Source of the DNA: a virus
IMG/VR virus record: IMGVR_UViG_3300010370_002417
Location: 1-64,000 of that record
Strand: one strand, 5' to 3'
Length of the DNA: 64,000 nt
Shown here: positions 17,572-26,439 of the stretch, piece by piece
Numbering within the stretch: position 1 is the first letter of the stretch
Layout: each line of letters begins with the position of its first letter
The notes under the pieces: model-generated
Database searches by the model: none
Told to the model about the DNA's origin: nothing
The model's input: the letters and a program-made list of their open reading frames with translations, nothing else
Translations under genes and position numbers: made by a program

Positions 17572-17823
17572 TTAGTTTCCCTTCTGACCTTTCATGTAGT
17601 CATAAACTGAGTTGATATAATCTTCAGCTTTGGTGATCTTGCTTTGGACCCATCCTTCAAGCTGAGTGTTATCGTCGAGCATAGAAATAAGTTCCTGCGC
17701 GCGCGAAGCGATCATACGCAGTTCACCTTTAGCCATATTGCCTTCGTCATCGATTTCGTTGTTCTCTTTGACTTTACCGCGAGCTGCTTCGCGGATAGTT
17801 GATTCTAAGCTCTTGTATGACAT
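17572..17823 (-). CDS. conserved hypothetical protein
   Basis: EGNMAKGEL...LEGWVQSKITKAEDYINSVYDY helical module. Confidence 0.7.
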   Translation of the reverse strand: MSYKSLESTIREAARGKVKENNEIDDEGNMAKGELRMIASRAQELISMLDDNTQLEGWVQSKITKAEDYINSVYDYMKGQKGN

Positions 17824-17832
17824 TTGCTTTCC

Positions 17833-19149
17833 TTATCTTGAAATCTCTTCCCAATCTAGAGACGCATAAATATCTCCACCATTTGTATCCGCGGCTGCTG
17901 TGAGAGTTAGTTCAAACGGTGTTAGTGTAAGACCATTGCGTTCTAACTGAAATTTAAACAGCGCTTCTTTTAAAATGTCGACTGGTGTAGATCCTTGAGC
18001 AGAACCGTTTAGAAATCCGCTAGCCATAGCTCTTCCGCCAGAAAATCCTGTTCCTGTGATATTGTATTCAACAGCAGAATCTGTTCCCGCGCTAACCCAA
18101 GTTCCACCTGTAGTTGTTCCGCCTGTTACAACTTTCCAGTTATAATTTACGTTATTGGTAAAACCAAGAAGAGAAAGTGCAGTAAGAATAACAATAGCAT
18201 CTAATCGATTTGGCGACGTTTTTAGTCTCAATGATATGACAGGATAGTATGTTCCTGCTGTTGTCAGATCACGAGGAGAACCAATAGGAGTTTCGATAGA
18301 TTGTTGTGATCCGCGTAGTTCATATCCACCTTCTGAGATAACAGTAGAACATACCTGCTTCAATGTGCTATTGTTAGCAGTTGCTGCTGTATTTTTGATT
18401 TCATAACGCAACGGCAATGAGCCAGTCGTCATGTAAGTCGTTTCCAACACATTCGCGTGATGGAATGAATGACAGTGAATCTGTTGTCCATCAATAACAA
18501 AACCGCAACGAACAGTTCCCAATCCAAGCCACTCAATATCTGTAAATAGAATTTGAGCTTTAGACAAATCGAGCGTGAGATGTGAAGGGCTCGAAGAAAC
18601 ATTGCCAAGAAGCGTGTCAACATTCCAATTAGCTTGAGATACGCGATTTTCTCTCAACGTTCCGTTGGTGTAGTTTCTTTCTACAAAGTAGATATCGCTG
18701 TTAGACTGCTCAAGATAGATACCATTGTTTGCACCAAAGTATCCAACGCGCTGCCTCAATCCAGTTTTAGGCTTATTCATTACAAAAGTGTTCATGATCT
18801 GTAATGACTTACCCGGCTGATAGGAAAATACTTTGATTGTTTCGCGAACAATTTCTTGATTCGCACCGGTCTTTATGTTTAGATTGATCAGGCCTTCATT
18901 TTGACTAAATGTGTATGATGTTCCAGCAGTATTTGATGTTGACCACAATCCGTTGTCGCGATATCTATGTGAAGAATCAAACAGCGTAAGTGGCATCGAC
19001 ACGCGAGAACGACCAAACGCATCAACAGCAACACCTGATGGGTTAGCAGGACCGATACGATTTCCATAAGGATCAGCCAACATCACGACCTCAAAGATCG
19101 TGTTGCAGTTTGGTAGATATCTACTCGTATCGGTTCTAAACTGCGCCAT
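17833..19149 (-). CDS. conserved phage protein, beta-rich, likely virion-associated
   Basis: DAFGRSRVS, YQPGKS, RVGYF, EWLGLG, LPLRYE, WEE end. Confidence 0.7.
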   Translation of the reverse strand: MAQFRTDTSRYLPNCNTIFEVVMLADPYGNRIGPANPSGVAVDAFGRSRVSMPLTLFDSSHRYRDNGLWSTSNTAGTSYTFSQNEGLINLNIKTGANQEIVRETIKVFSYQPGKSLQIMNTFVMNKPKTGLRQRVGYFGANNGIYLEQSNSDIYFVERNYTNGTLRENRVSQANWNVDTLLGNVSSSPSHLTLDLSKAQILFTDIEWLGLGTVRCGFVIDGQQIHCHSFHHANVLETTYMTTGSLPLRYEIKNTAATANNSTLKQVCSTVISEGGYELRGSQQSIETPIGSPRDLTTAGTYYPVISLRLKTSPNRLDAIVILTALSLLGFTNNVNYNWKVVTGGTTTGGTWVSAGTDSAVEYNITGTGFSGGRAMASGFLNGSAQGSTPVDILKEALFKFQLERNGLTLTPFELTLTAAADTNGGDIYASLDWEEISR

Positions 19150-19589
19150 TACTCACCTTTAGTGAAGGAACGCAGCATCCACGCATGCTTCTCGTGAGTG
19201 TCGATGCGATCTTCTAGAAAGTTCACGATTCCGCGCTTACCAGCAGCTTCTGCAGCCGCATGCGCTGCTTGAAGATCAGCAAGAATGCGCATATTGTCTG
19301 CATATAGTTTTGCCATCATCGCACGCGAAGAAGGAACGCTCAGTTCGTCTTCGATTGAAGTGAGCTGCTGAAAACGTGTCAGTGATCCTGGAACATATGC
19401 GTCAAGAGTACGAATATGTTCTGCAATAGTATCTACTGCACCCCAAACTTCTGCGTAGAGTTCACCCAAGAAGGTATGATACTCCGAGAAGCTATGACCT
19501 TCTACGTTCCAGTGATAGTTGTGCGCCTTGAGATAGAAAGAAAAGCTGCTCGCTAATACTTTCTTGAGCGACTCTACGAGTTGTTCCAT
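19149..19589 (-). CDS. dps: Dps/ferritin-like DNA protection protein
   Basis: KAHNYHWNVEG, H...LY, DTIAEHIR, HEKHAWML; start at MEQLVES. Confidence 0.93.
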   Translation of the reverse strand: MEQLVESLKKVLASSFSFYLKAHNYHWNVEGHSFSEYHTFLGELYAEVWGAVDTIAEHIRTLDAYVPGSLTRFQQLTSIEDELSVPSSRAMMAKLYADNMRILADLQAAHAAAEAAGKRGIVNFLEDRIDTHEKHAWMLRSFTKGE

Positions 19590-19590
19590 A

Positions 19591-19845
19591 TTACTTCGTT
19601 CCCTTTGCCTTAGCGACAGCCTTCGTTGCAGTCTTAGTTGCAACTTTCTTTGCGCGAGTTGCCGTCTTCTTTACAACTTCAACTGCGTCCTTAGCGTCTA
19701 CCTTGCCGTCCTTGTTAACGTCAGCTGCTGCCTTTACGTCAGCTGCGTCTACCTTACCGTCGCCGTTAACGTCAGCCTTTGGCCAGAACGTCCAAGCAAC
19801 ATAAGCAAGAACACCAATCACTACGAGCGTTACAATAGTTTCCAT
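19591..19845 (-). CDS. small membrane-anchored protein with paired EF-hand/dockerin-like loops
   Basis: N-terminal TM; DVNGDGKVDAADV and DVNKDGKVDAKDA; Lys/Ala tail. Confidence 0.75.
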   Translation of the reverse strand: METIVTLVVIGVLAYVAWTFWPKADVNGDGKVDAADVKAAADVNKDGKVDAKDAVEVVKKTATRAKKVATKTATKAVAKAKGTK

Positions 19846-19860
19846 TTTCAGTTTCTCCTC

Positions 19861-22800
19861 TTAACAATCCCATGCTCTACGCGACCAGTAGTTAGCACTG
19901 GTCTTCTTTGTTAGATTACCCTGTACGCTTGAGCGAGCACAGTATGATCTCTTGCGTCCAGGTTGATCTTTCTTAATGCTCAATTTCTTATCACCAAAGT
20001 TCACCTTCTTGATGTTTCCTGTTGAAGGATCGCGAACATAAACCTTGGACTTCTTAACGTCGCCTTTCATAGGCTTATTCAAAGGAACATTACGTCCCTG
20101 ATATATAGCTTCATTCATCGCATCTTCTTGTGCATCGAGAGCTTCTTGAACTTCTGGGTGATGCTCGAACGCAGACTGTACTTGGATTCCGTAGTCGCGT
20201 GCGAATGGAGCTAGCTCAAATCCAGCCGCGAATGATTCATTAAGTTCATTCTGCTCACGGATACCTGAGAGTGCTTTACGAATCTCGTTGAAATGCTTCT
20301 TAGATGCATCATCCTTAGAATGATCTACTTCTGTTCTTGTGCGCGCTACAGGAGAACCATACGATGGCTTTTCTGGAGAAAACGCAGCAACTCCAATTTG
20401 ACCTGCAGCTTGTTCTTGTCCTGGAGTAGCAGCTGCATAGTTTCTGCGAATCGCATCGGTTCCTACGAAACGGTTTGATGGATCGTTAGGATTTGATGAT
20501 GTTGGTTCTGAGCCAGTATATCCTTCACTTGCATCTTTGAACTTCTTTCTAAGATCATCCTGCATTTCTTTGTTAGTCTTAGAAACATAAGGAATTTTGC
20601 CCGTAGGATGTGGATGTGAAGCTTCTTGCTGCACGGTCGTTGTTGTTCTTTCCTTACGGAATGTTGTAGTTCCGTCTGGATTGCGAACTTTCACCACCTT
20701 TACATCGGCAGTGCGTTGTGCTTCGTTTACTGACTTTGGATGCCAAGCATGAAAGCTCTTGACTTTCTTCACTCTCTTAGCAAGAGGAACAGCGTCATGT
20801 GTTGTCATGTTCTGTTCTGTGACACCAACCTTAGCAGCTTGATTCGGCTTCATATAATCTCTTGGACGAATCATAGTCTTCGGAGTCTTTTTACCTGGAG
20901 GAAGAACTTTTACCTTACCTCCGGAAGCAGTAAATCTTGAAAACATTTTATCAAGAGTTTGTTTATCTTGTGCCTTCGATGTTTCTCCAGGTCTACGATA
21001 GTCCTTCAGTCTGTATCCAGTTTGATGATACAACTTATTGGGATCATAGTTGCGACCCTTCTCGTTACCCTTAGAAGTGGAACGAAGTCCTTCGTTAGTT
21101 TCTTTCTTCTTCGTAGCGAGCTTGATGAGTTCTTTCTTCTTCATCAGCGCCATACGATTGATTGCTCCGCCCTTCTTGCCGCCAGCATATTCGCCGCGCT
21201 GCGTAGCAAGAGCAGCGCCAGCAGCGCGCTGTTGTGCGTCTGACTTAGCTGCTTCGTTCGTCGTATGAGTTACAACGCGCTTTCCAGAAGCATCGTTGTA
21301 GCCGTGAGTTACGACTTTCTTACCGTCTTTGTATGTCGTCGACTTGAATGGAACCTTGCCACCATGCTCCTTAGCTTTGTCGCCAAGAATCTTCTTAGCT
21401 GCAGGAGATACGTCTTCGTTCTTAGGAGTCTTACCTGCTTTCTTCATTGAGATAGCAATCGCAGCTTGCTGTGCTGGACTTACAGCTTCTCCCTTTGCTG
21501 ATCTGATCTGATCCGCTGTTGGTGCTCCCTTCTCACCTGGCTTACGCATGCGCTCACCAGAACCCGACTTGATTCTTTGACGCTTCGCGTGAATGTTAGC
21601 CCAAAGACCCTGACTCTTTTCACTTAGATCGTCTTCACGTAGATCCTTGTCAGCTCCGTGATAAGTTCCCTTACCTTTTGTAATGTAAGAGTTGACGCGA
21701 GCCATTCCCCATTGCTGCGGAGTTGTGCCTGGACGATGACCAGAGTTCCATGCTGCTACGCCACGACGATAAACCTTTCGCAGCGTATCAATTGAAACGC
21801 CAGATTTCTTAGCCTTCGCTGCTAGACCAGCTTCTGCTGCTTCATCCATAGCTTCTTCTCCGTACATTCTCTTATATTTTAGAGTATGTTTTGATGGTTT
21901 TGTTTTTGCAGTCGCGTCTCCAGGTGCTGGCTCGTATGCGCGAGGATCACGATCGGACAGCTTGTCCATCTTATCCCAATGAGCTTTTCTTGCAGATGCT
22001 GTCTTATCTGACAAACCAGCGCGATACTTGTGTGGGAGATCGACCTTTTCTGAAAGATCGTTATCTATTTCAGCAGCCTTTCCGCCAGCAATGAATGAGT
22101 TGACACGATTGAACGCTTTTGCCGAATCGTTGTCTTCTTGAAGACCACGAACGAATACTTCAGCAAGAATAGAAACGTCGATTCCTGATCTCTCAGCTTT
22201 ATTGAGCAGAGCGAGCGCTTCTTTCGTCATAACGCGATAACGAACGCGTGAATATGTTGCTGGATCTTGTGTCGTGAGATCAATCAGTTTGTCCAACAGA
22301 TCTGCGAGTTTTGCGCGCATCTCTGGCGATTGAAGTGCGGCTTTCTTTGAAGAACGCAAAGCACGACGATACTTTTGCAGCTCGTCTGTATCGGCTAGAC
22401 CAAGACGAAGCAAAAGATCTAGCTTCTGTGAAAGCGGACGTGATTTATTTGGATCTTCTGGGCGATCTTCGTCCTTAGCAACTTCTGCGATACGACGATT
22501 GCCTGGTGGCTCATCGTTATCGTATGCAGATACAGTGCGTGAGCGTCCTACGCCAAGATAAAACTCGTTGAACTTCTTACCGCCAAGGGAGATCTTCTTC
22601 TTCTCTGGCTTTGCACCATGAGCCATGACGTTCTTGAACGAAGCAAGAGATCTACCCGCTTGAATCGTGAATTCATGCTTATCCGCTGGAAGACGCAGAG
22701 CTTCGAACTTAGCGAGCATCTTCTTAGCGTCGGCAATAGAAACATGTGCCTTGTGTCCGTCAGCGAATGTCGTTTCGTGCTCGCCGCGAGAGTTGATTGT

Positions 22801-24252
22801 CTTGCGCATCTGATAGATAATGTTCGTATCGCCCGCATCACGTGCATCTTTGTCGGCTGAAGACTTGCGACCTTCGTCGACAGAACGAGCATAATGGGAG
22901 AGCTTTCTGTTCAAATGTAAGTGTCCTTGCTTTGGATTAGGCGCAACGCGATCGTTTTGAGTTGGATCAATACTAAGAGTATCCAGCTTCTGTGGATTGA
23001 TATTCAGCGGAGAATCGTGTGCTGCGTCGGCCTTTGTCTTTTCCCAATCTGCAACAGACATACCGCGTTTTGCAGCTTGAATCTTATCCTGTGCGACGTC
23101 CTTGGCTGATCCTTCTTTGTCCTTCGCTTCATAAACGAAAGACTCTTTTGTATCGCGAGCCTGTGCAACAGATGTTTGTGCTTTCTTACGAATCATTGGC
23201 AGTATTCTCTTTGAGATGCGATCTACAGCAGAATTCAATCCCTTACCAAAACGATTGACAAGAGCATTATCTACGGCAACGCGCTGTGAACGTGAAAGTG
23301 TGCTATAATCTAGATTTGTCTTGCCTGTTGCACGACGACGAAGAATCATCAGTGCAGCCTTTCGCGCGCGCATGCGGAGTCTTTGTTGTGCTGGCATTTG
23401 CTTGCGCTTGATATCACGCAGACGAGCAAGACGCTTCGACATAGATTTCATGCGTTGAGCGAGCTTCTGACGCGTCTGTAAAGAAAGAACTCTTGCTTCG
23501 TCGACTTCTTCCTTCTCGTCAATATCTTGACCAAGTATCACGTCAAGCATGAGAGCGTCTGCGTCGTCAAGATCAAAATCGTCGACGCTCATGTCGTCAA
23601 TATGCTTTGCGATTTCTCCGTCTGAAGGAATAGCAATATCCATCTCGTCGTCCGACGCTTCGACAATAAAGCCAACGAAACGTTCGTCATGACTGTAATC
23701 CATGACATCCTCTCCTAGCAATGCTTTACGAACAGCGTTATACATGTTCTTAGCTTGTGTGATCTTTAGCGTGTTTGGAGCGCCGCGAAGGAACTCTGCA
23801 ACCTTTTCGTCTTTAGCAAGAGCGCGCATTTTGCTAGCCGACATTCCTGAAACGTCGTCTGCGTCTGGATCGCGCTCGCCAGCGGACTTCACTTCGATCT
23901 TCTCGAAGTTGTATTCTTTGCCATTGTATCTGTTGAGCAGATTAGTGAACTCGGGAACGCGGTCGGATCCGCCAAACATTGTGACGTGAGTAAATCCTTC
24001 CTTCTCCAGATCCTTGAGAATCTGAATTACGTTCTTAGAGTTTGACTTGCGCACGATTGCTCCGAACGCTGCACGAGCGAACGAGATCTTCTTATCATAC
24101 GGAAGGGGATCTTTTTTGCCTACGGAATGAGACAGATAGACGCGAGGAGTAGCTTTCGTCTGACGAGCGTGAGCGAGCAGCTTGTTGACAAGCAGCTGAT
24201 GTCCCGTAGTTGGTGGGTTCATACGCCCAAACGTAAATACAACGCTCTTCAT
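19861..24252 (-). CDS. HxGH nucleotidyltransferase (cytidylyltransferase-like) fused to a long modular polyprotein
   Basis: FGRMNPPTTGH, GGSDR, GMSASKMR in the first ~180 aa; ~20 basic modules separated by xxE motifs; AGGAG SD; late promoter. Confidence 0.8.
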   Translation of the reverse strand: MKSVVFTFGRMNPPTTGHQLLVNKLLAHARQTKATPRVYLSHSVGKKDPLPYDKKISFARAAFGAIVRKSNSKNVIQILKDLEKEGFTHVTMFGGSDRVPEFTNLLNRYNGKEYNFEKIEVKSAGERDPDADDVSGMSASKMRALAKDEKVAEFLRGAPNTLKITQAKNMYNAVRKALLGEDVMDYSHDERFVGFIVEASDDEMDIAIPSDGEIAKHIDDMSVDDFDLDDADALMLDVILGQDIDEKEEVDEARVLSLQTRQKLAQRMKSMSKRLARLRDIKRKQMPAQQRLRMRARKAALMILRRRATGKTNLDYSTLSRSQRVAVDNALVNRFGKGLNSAVDRISKRILPMIRKKAQTSVAQARDTKESFVYEAKDKEGSAKDVAQDKIQAAKRGMSVADWEKTKADAAHDSPLNINPQKLDTLSIDPTQNDRVAPNPKQGHLHLNRKLSHYARSVDEGRKSSADKDARDAGDTNIIYQMRKTINSRGEHETTFADGHKAHVSIADAKKMLAKFEALRLPADKHEFTIQAGRSLASFKNVMAHGAKPEKKKISLGGKKFNEFYLGVGRSRTVSAYDNDEPPGNRRIAEVAKDEDRPEDPNKSRPLSQKLDLLLRLGLADTDELQKYRRALRSSKKAALQSPEMRAKLADLLDKLIDLTTQDPATYSRVRYRVMTKEALALLNKAERSGIDVSILAEVFVRGLQEDNDSAKAFNRVNSFIAGGKAAEIDNDLSEKVDLPHKYRAGLSDKTASARKAHWDKMDKLSDRDPRAYEPAPGDATAKTKPSKHTLKYKRMYGEEAMDEAAEAGLAAKAKKSGVSIDTLRKVYRRGVAAWNSGHRPGTTPQQWGMARVNSYITKGKGTYHGADKDLREDDLSEKSQGLWANIHAKRQRIKSGSGERMRKPGEKGAPTADQIRSAKGEAVSPAQQAAIAISMKKAGKTPKNEDVSPAAKKILGDKAKEHGGKVPFKSTTYKDGKKVVTHGYNDASGKRVVTHTTNEAAKSDAQQRAAGAALATQRGEYAGGKKGGAINRMALMKKKELIKLATKKKETNEGLRSTSKGNEKGRNYDPNKLYHQTGYRLKDYRRPGETSKAQDKQTLDKMFSRFTASGGKVKVLPPGKKTPKTMIRPRDYMKPNQAAKVGVTEQNMTTHDAVPLAKRVKKVKSFHAWHPKSVNEAQRTADVKVVKVRNPDGTTTFRKERTTTTVQQEASHPHPTGKIPYVSKTNKEMQDDLRKKFKDASEGYTGSEPTSSNPNDPSNRFVGTDAIRRNYAAATPGQEQAAGQIGVAAFSPEKPSYGSPVARTRTEVDHSKDDASKKHFNEIRKALSGIREQNELNESFAAGFELAPFARDYGIQVQSAFEHHPEVQEALDAQEDAMNEAIYQGRNVPLNKPMKGDVKKSKVYVRDPSTGNIKKVNFGDKKLSIKKDQPGRKRSYCARSSVQGNLTKKTSANYWSRRAWDC

Positions 24253-24290
24253 TTTCTCCTCGCGGGATTGCCTTAGCCTGACCGCATCAG

Positions 24291-24298
24291 TATTTATA
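24291..24298 (-). promoter_or_regulatory. T4-type late promoter
   Basis: TATAAATA upstream of the 1463-aa gene. Confidence 0.85.
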
Positions 24299-24307
24299 AA
24301 AAGGGGC

Positions 24308-24336
24308 TTGACAACTTCAGAATGTAACGATATAAT
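24308..24336 (+). promoter_or_regulatory. perfect sigma70 promoter on the antisense strand
   Basis: TTGACA-17-TATAAT pointing into the 3' end of 24365..25597. Confidence 0.75.
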
Positions 24337-24364
24337 GAGTAATGTGACGAGCGGTCAGTATACC

Positions 24365-25597
24365 TTAGCGTTGCCATCCTTTTATGATATCTGAACTAAA
24401 GTTAGCCTGACTGAATCCTAGTCTGTCAACTAGTTTCACAGCTCCTCCAGTAAGATGATCAACTGCAACGTATCCCTCAGGAGAAGTGATCGTCAGTCCT
24501 TTATTAGTACGAAGGAACGTGCCAATAGAAGCTGACGAGTTCATCTTTGCGATGATAAGCAGTTTTGCTTCAACCACGAGATTCATAAAATCAAAAATGC
24601 TCTTTAATTGTATAGCTGGTGTGCGTACAATCGGTCCGAAGCTATTCTTGAATCTTTCTCTAACAGCTTGTTTACCCTTCTCGGTCTTCTTGCTGTTTTC
24701 TTCCTTCTTATAATAGTCATTCATGTAATGCACGAAGCCAACAACATGAGATGTTGTGTTCGCGATCTTTTCGCCAGCACGAACTTTGCTGTTATTATAC
24801 GTCTTGATGCGAATTAGTAATTCTGGATCTGCGGAGAACGCATCTACAGCAGCGCGTGGCAGTTTCTGCAGAATTGTTCCCATCTGCGATAGAATCTTAT
24901 TGAGCTGCTCAGTTTCCGCAGCAGTCATTGTTGCGGTACCGCTGACGTCTTTGTACGTTGCGTCGTCCATCCAGATCGTATTGACTTGCTTCAGCTTTTC
25001 GACGATACCTTTAGCAAACGATGCTTGCATATTCTCAAACGAGTCGCCTTCGTATGTCGTATGCCATACAACGCCAATACTCGCAGCATTGATTCTTTTT
25101 CCGAGAGCTGAGTTCACAGGGACGGCATATACAATCGTGTTTGGTTGGAATGTGTAATAACTTGCGTCGTCGATCGTTTCTTTCTTCACGTCTCCCTTCG
25201 TGAACATCAGATCGCCCTGATATACACCGCGCGTGATTCCGAGCTTCTTGAACTCGCGCAGCGCTACAGTGAATTTGGCTGCAAGCTCACCGTCAAGATC
25301 TGCGTTGATATCAGCCTGTGTCTTGTACAGCTTTGGTGTCTTGTTGAAGATACCTTTCTTTGCGACAAAGAACTTTCCGTCGCGCGGATCAATACCAGCA
25401 AAGATCGCAGGTGCACCGTCCCACTTTACAGTCGCAGATACTTTCTTCTTAGTCTTTCCGCCAAGCATATCGCGGACTTGTGTCAGAAACGAGAAGATCT
25501 GCTTTGCGCCAGCAACACCATCATTGAGGATAAGATCCTCGATGTGCTCCATGTGCAGATTTTTTTCTTCTGCAATAAATGTTGAGAGCTTTTTCAT
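24365..25597 (-). CDS. conserved T4-like protein with ligase-like nucleotidyltransferase motifs (DUF6267-like)
   Basis: TVKWDGAP (KxDG), QGDLMF, EGYVAV, AVKLVDR; N-terminus MKKLSTFIAE. Confidence 0.7.
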   Translation of the reverse strand: MKKLSTFIAEEKNLHMEHIEDLILNDGVAGAKQIFSFLTQVRDMLGGKTKKKVSATVKWDGAPAIFAGIDPRDGKFFVAKKGIFNKTPKLYKTQADINADLDGELAAKFTVALREFKKLGITRGVYQGDLMFTKGDVKKETIDDASYYTFQPNTIVYAVPVNSALGKRINAASIGVVWHTTYEGDSFENMQASFAKGIVEKLKQVNTIWMDDATYKDVSGTATMTAAETEQLNKILSQMGTILQKLPRAAVDAFSADPELLIRIKTYNNSKVRAGEKIANTTSHVVGFVHYMNDYYKKEENSKKTEKGKQAVRERFKNSFGPIVRTPAIQLKSIFDFMNLVVEAKLLIIAKMNSSASIGTFLRTNKGLTITSPEGYVAVDHLTGGAVKLVDRLGFSQANFSSDIIKGWQR

Positions 25598-26337
25598 TCA
25601 AAACAACTTAGGTTCATTTTGCCCTTTTGAATCGTGACGCTTTTGCCGTCAACAGGAGCAATGTTGAAAGGAGACTTCGATTTCATCGAGAATTGCATTT
25701 CAAATGTAAATTGATAGTTGTCGCTGCCCTTGTACTGAACGCGAGCGCGATAGATAGCTTTGGCTGATGCGCCAAATGTAGGAACGTCTTTTAGACCAAG
25801 AGGATTCTTTTTACCCATTAGATAGAATCCATGCGTTCCGACGTTCACATAGTACGTATCTTTCTTATTATAGTATTCTTCGATCTTGGTCGCGGGAATT
25901 TCGCCCTTGATATCTTTGAATAGCTTTAGGTCGCGCTCATATCTTTGACGCGGAGTTTTCTTACCAGCGGTCACTTCCCATGCAGGGTCTTTATCTCTTT
26001 TGTATGGAACTTCTTTCCATTCCTTTTGAATAATCTTGAATAGGCCAACGTAATCGGCTAGTTCTTTGATGAACTGTTTTTCTTTTTCGTCTGGCTTGAT
26101 AGTTCCGAATCCCCAAGGATTCTTTTTATTCTTAGCGTCGTACTTTAGAACAAGAGATCCAGCTGAAGCTGCGGTGATCTTTAGCTCGCAACCAGCTTTG
26201 TTCTTTTTGTACTGTAACATAAGATCAGGTTGATCATGTCCAGCACCAGCAGGCACAAATTCTTTGGGAACAAATCCCATAGGTTTCAATATTTTTGCAG
26301 CGTTCTGCTCATATAGAAATCCTTGTTGCGCCGCCAT
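25594..26337 (-). CDS. PD-(D/E)XK-like nuclease, putative
   Basis: GFLYE, QPDL, GCELK motif spacing. Confidence 0.55.
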   Translation of the reverse strand: MAAQQGFLYEQNAAKILKPMGFVPKEFVPAGAGHDQPDLMLQYKKNKAGCELKITAASAGSLVLKYDAKNKKNPWGFGTIKPDEKEKQFIKELADYVGLFKIIQKEWKEVPYKRDKDPAWEVTAGKKTPRQRYERDLKLFKDIKGEIPATKIEEYYNKKDTYYVNVGTHGFYLMGKKNPLGLKDVPTFGASAKAIYRARVQYKGSDNYQFTFEMQFSMKSKSPFNIAPVDGKSVTIQKGKMNLSCFE

Positions 26338-26376
26338 AGCTTATCCTTGTTGTTATTTTGACTATTTATTCAAATG

Positions 26377-26407
26377 AAAAAGGGGAGTGGCACCACGCCA
26401 CTCCCCT
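26377..26407 (-). terminator. intrinsic terminator
   Basis: AGGGGAGTGGC-GTGGT-GCCACTCCCCT followed by TTTT. Confidence 0.85.
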
Positions 26408-26439
26408 GACTAATGACAAAAAATCCACCTCCTTGATCA

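Noticed and set aside
19590-19643. Longer ORF-track starts for dps, and likewise for glutaredoxin, the peptidase, hsp20, CmoA-like and uvsW
   Set aside because: The extensions overlap upstream genes or promoters; downstream starts with an SD or translational coupling fit better.
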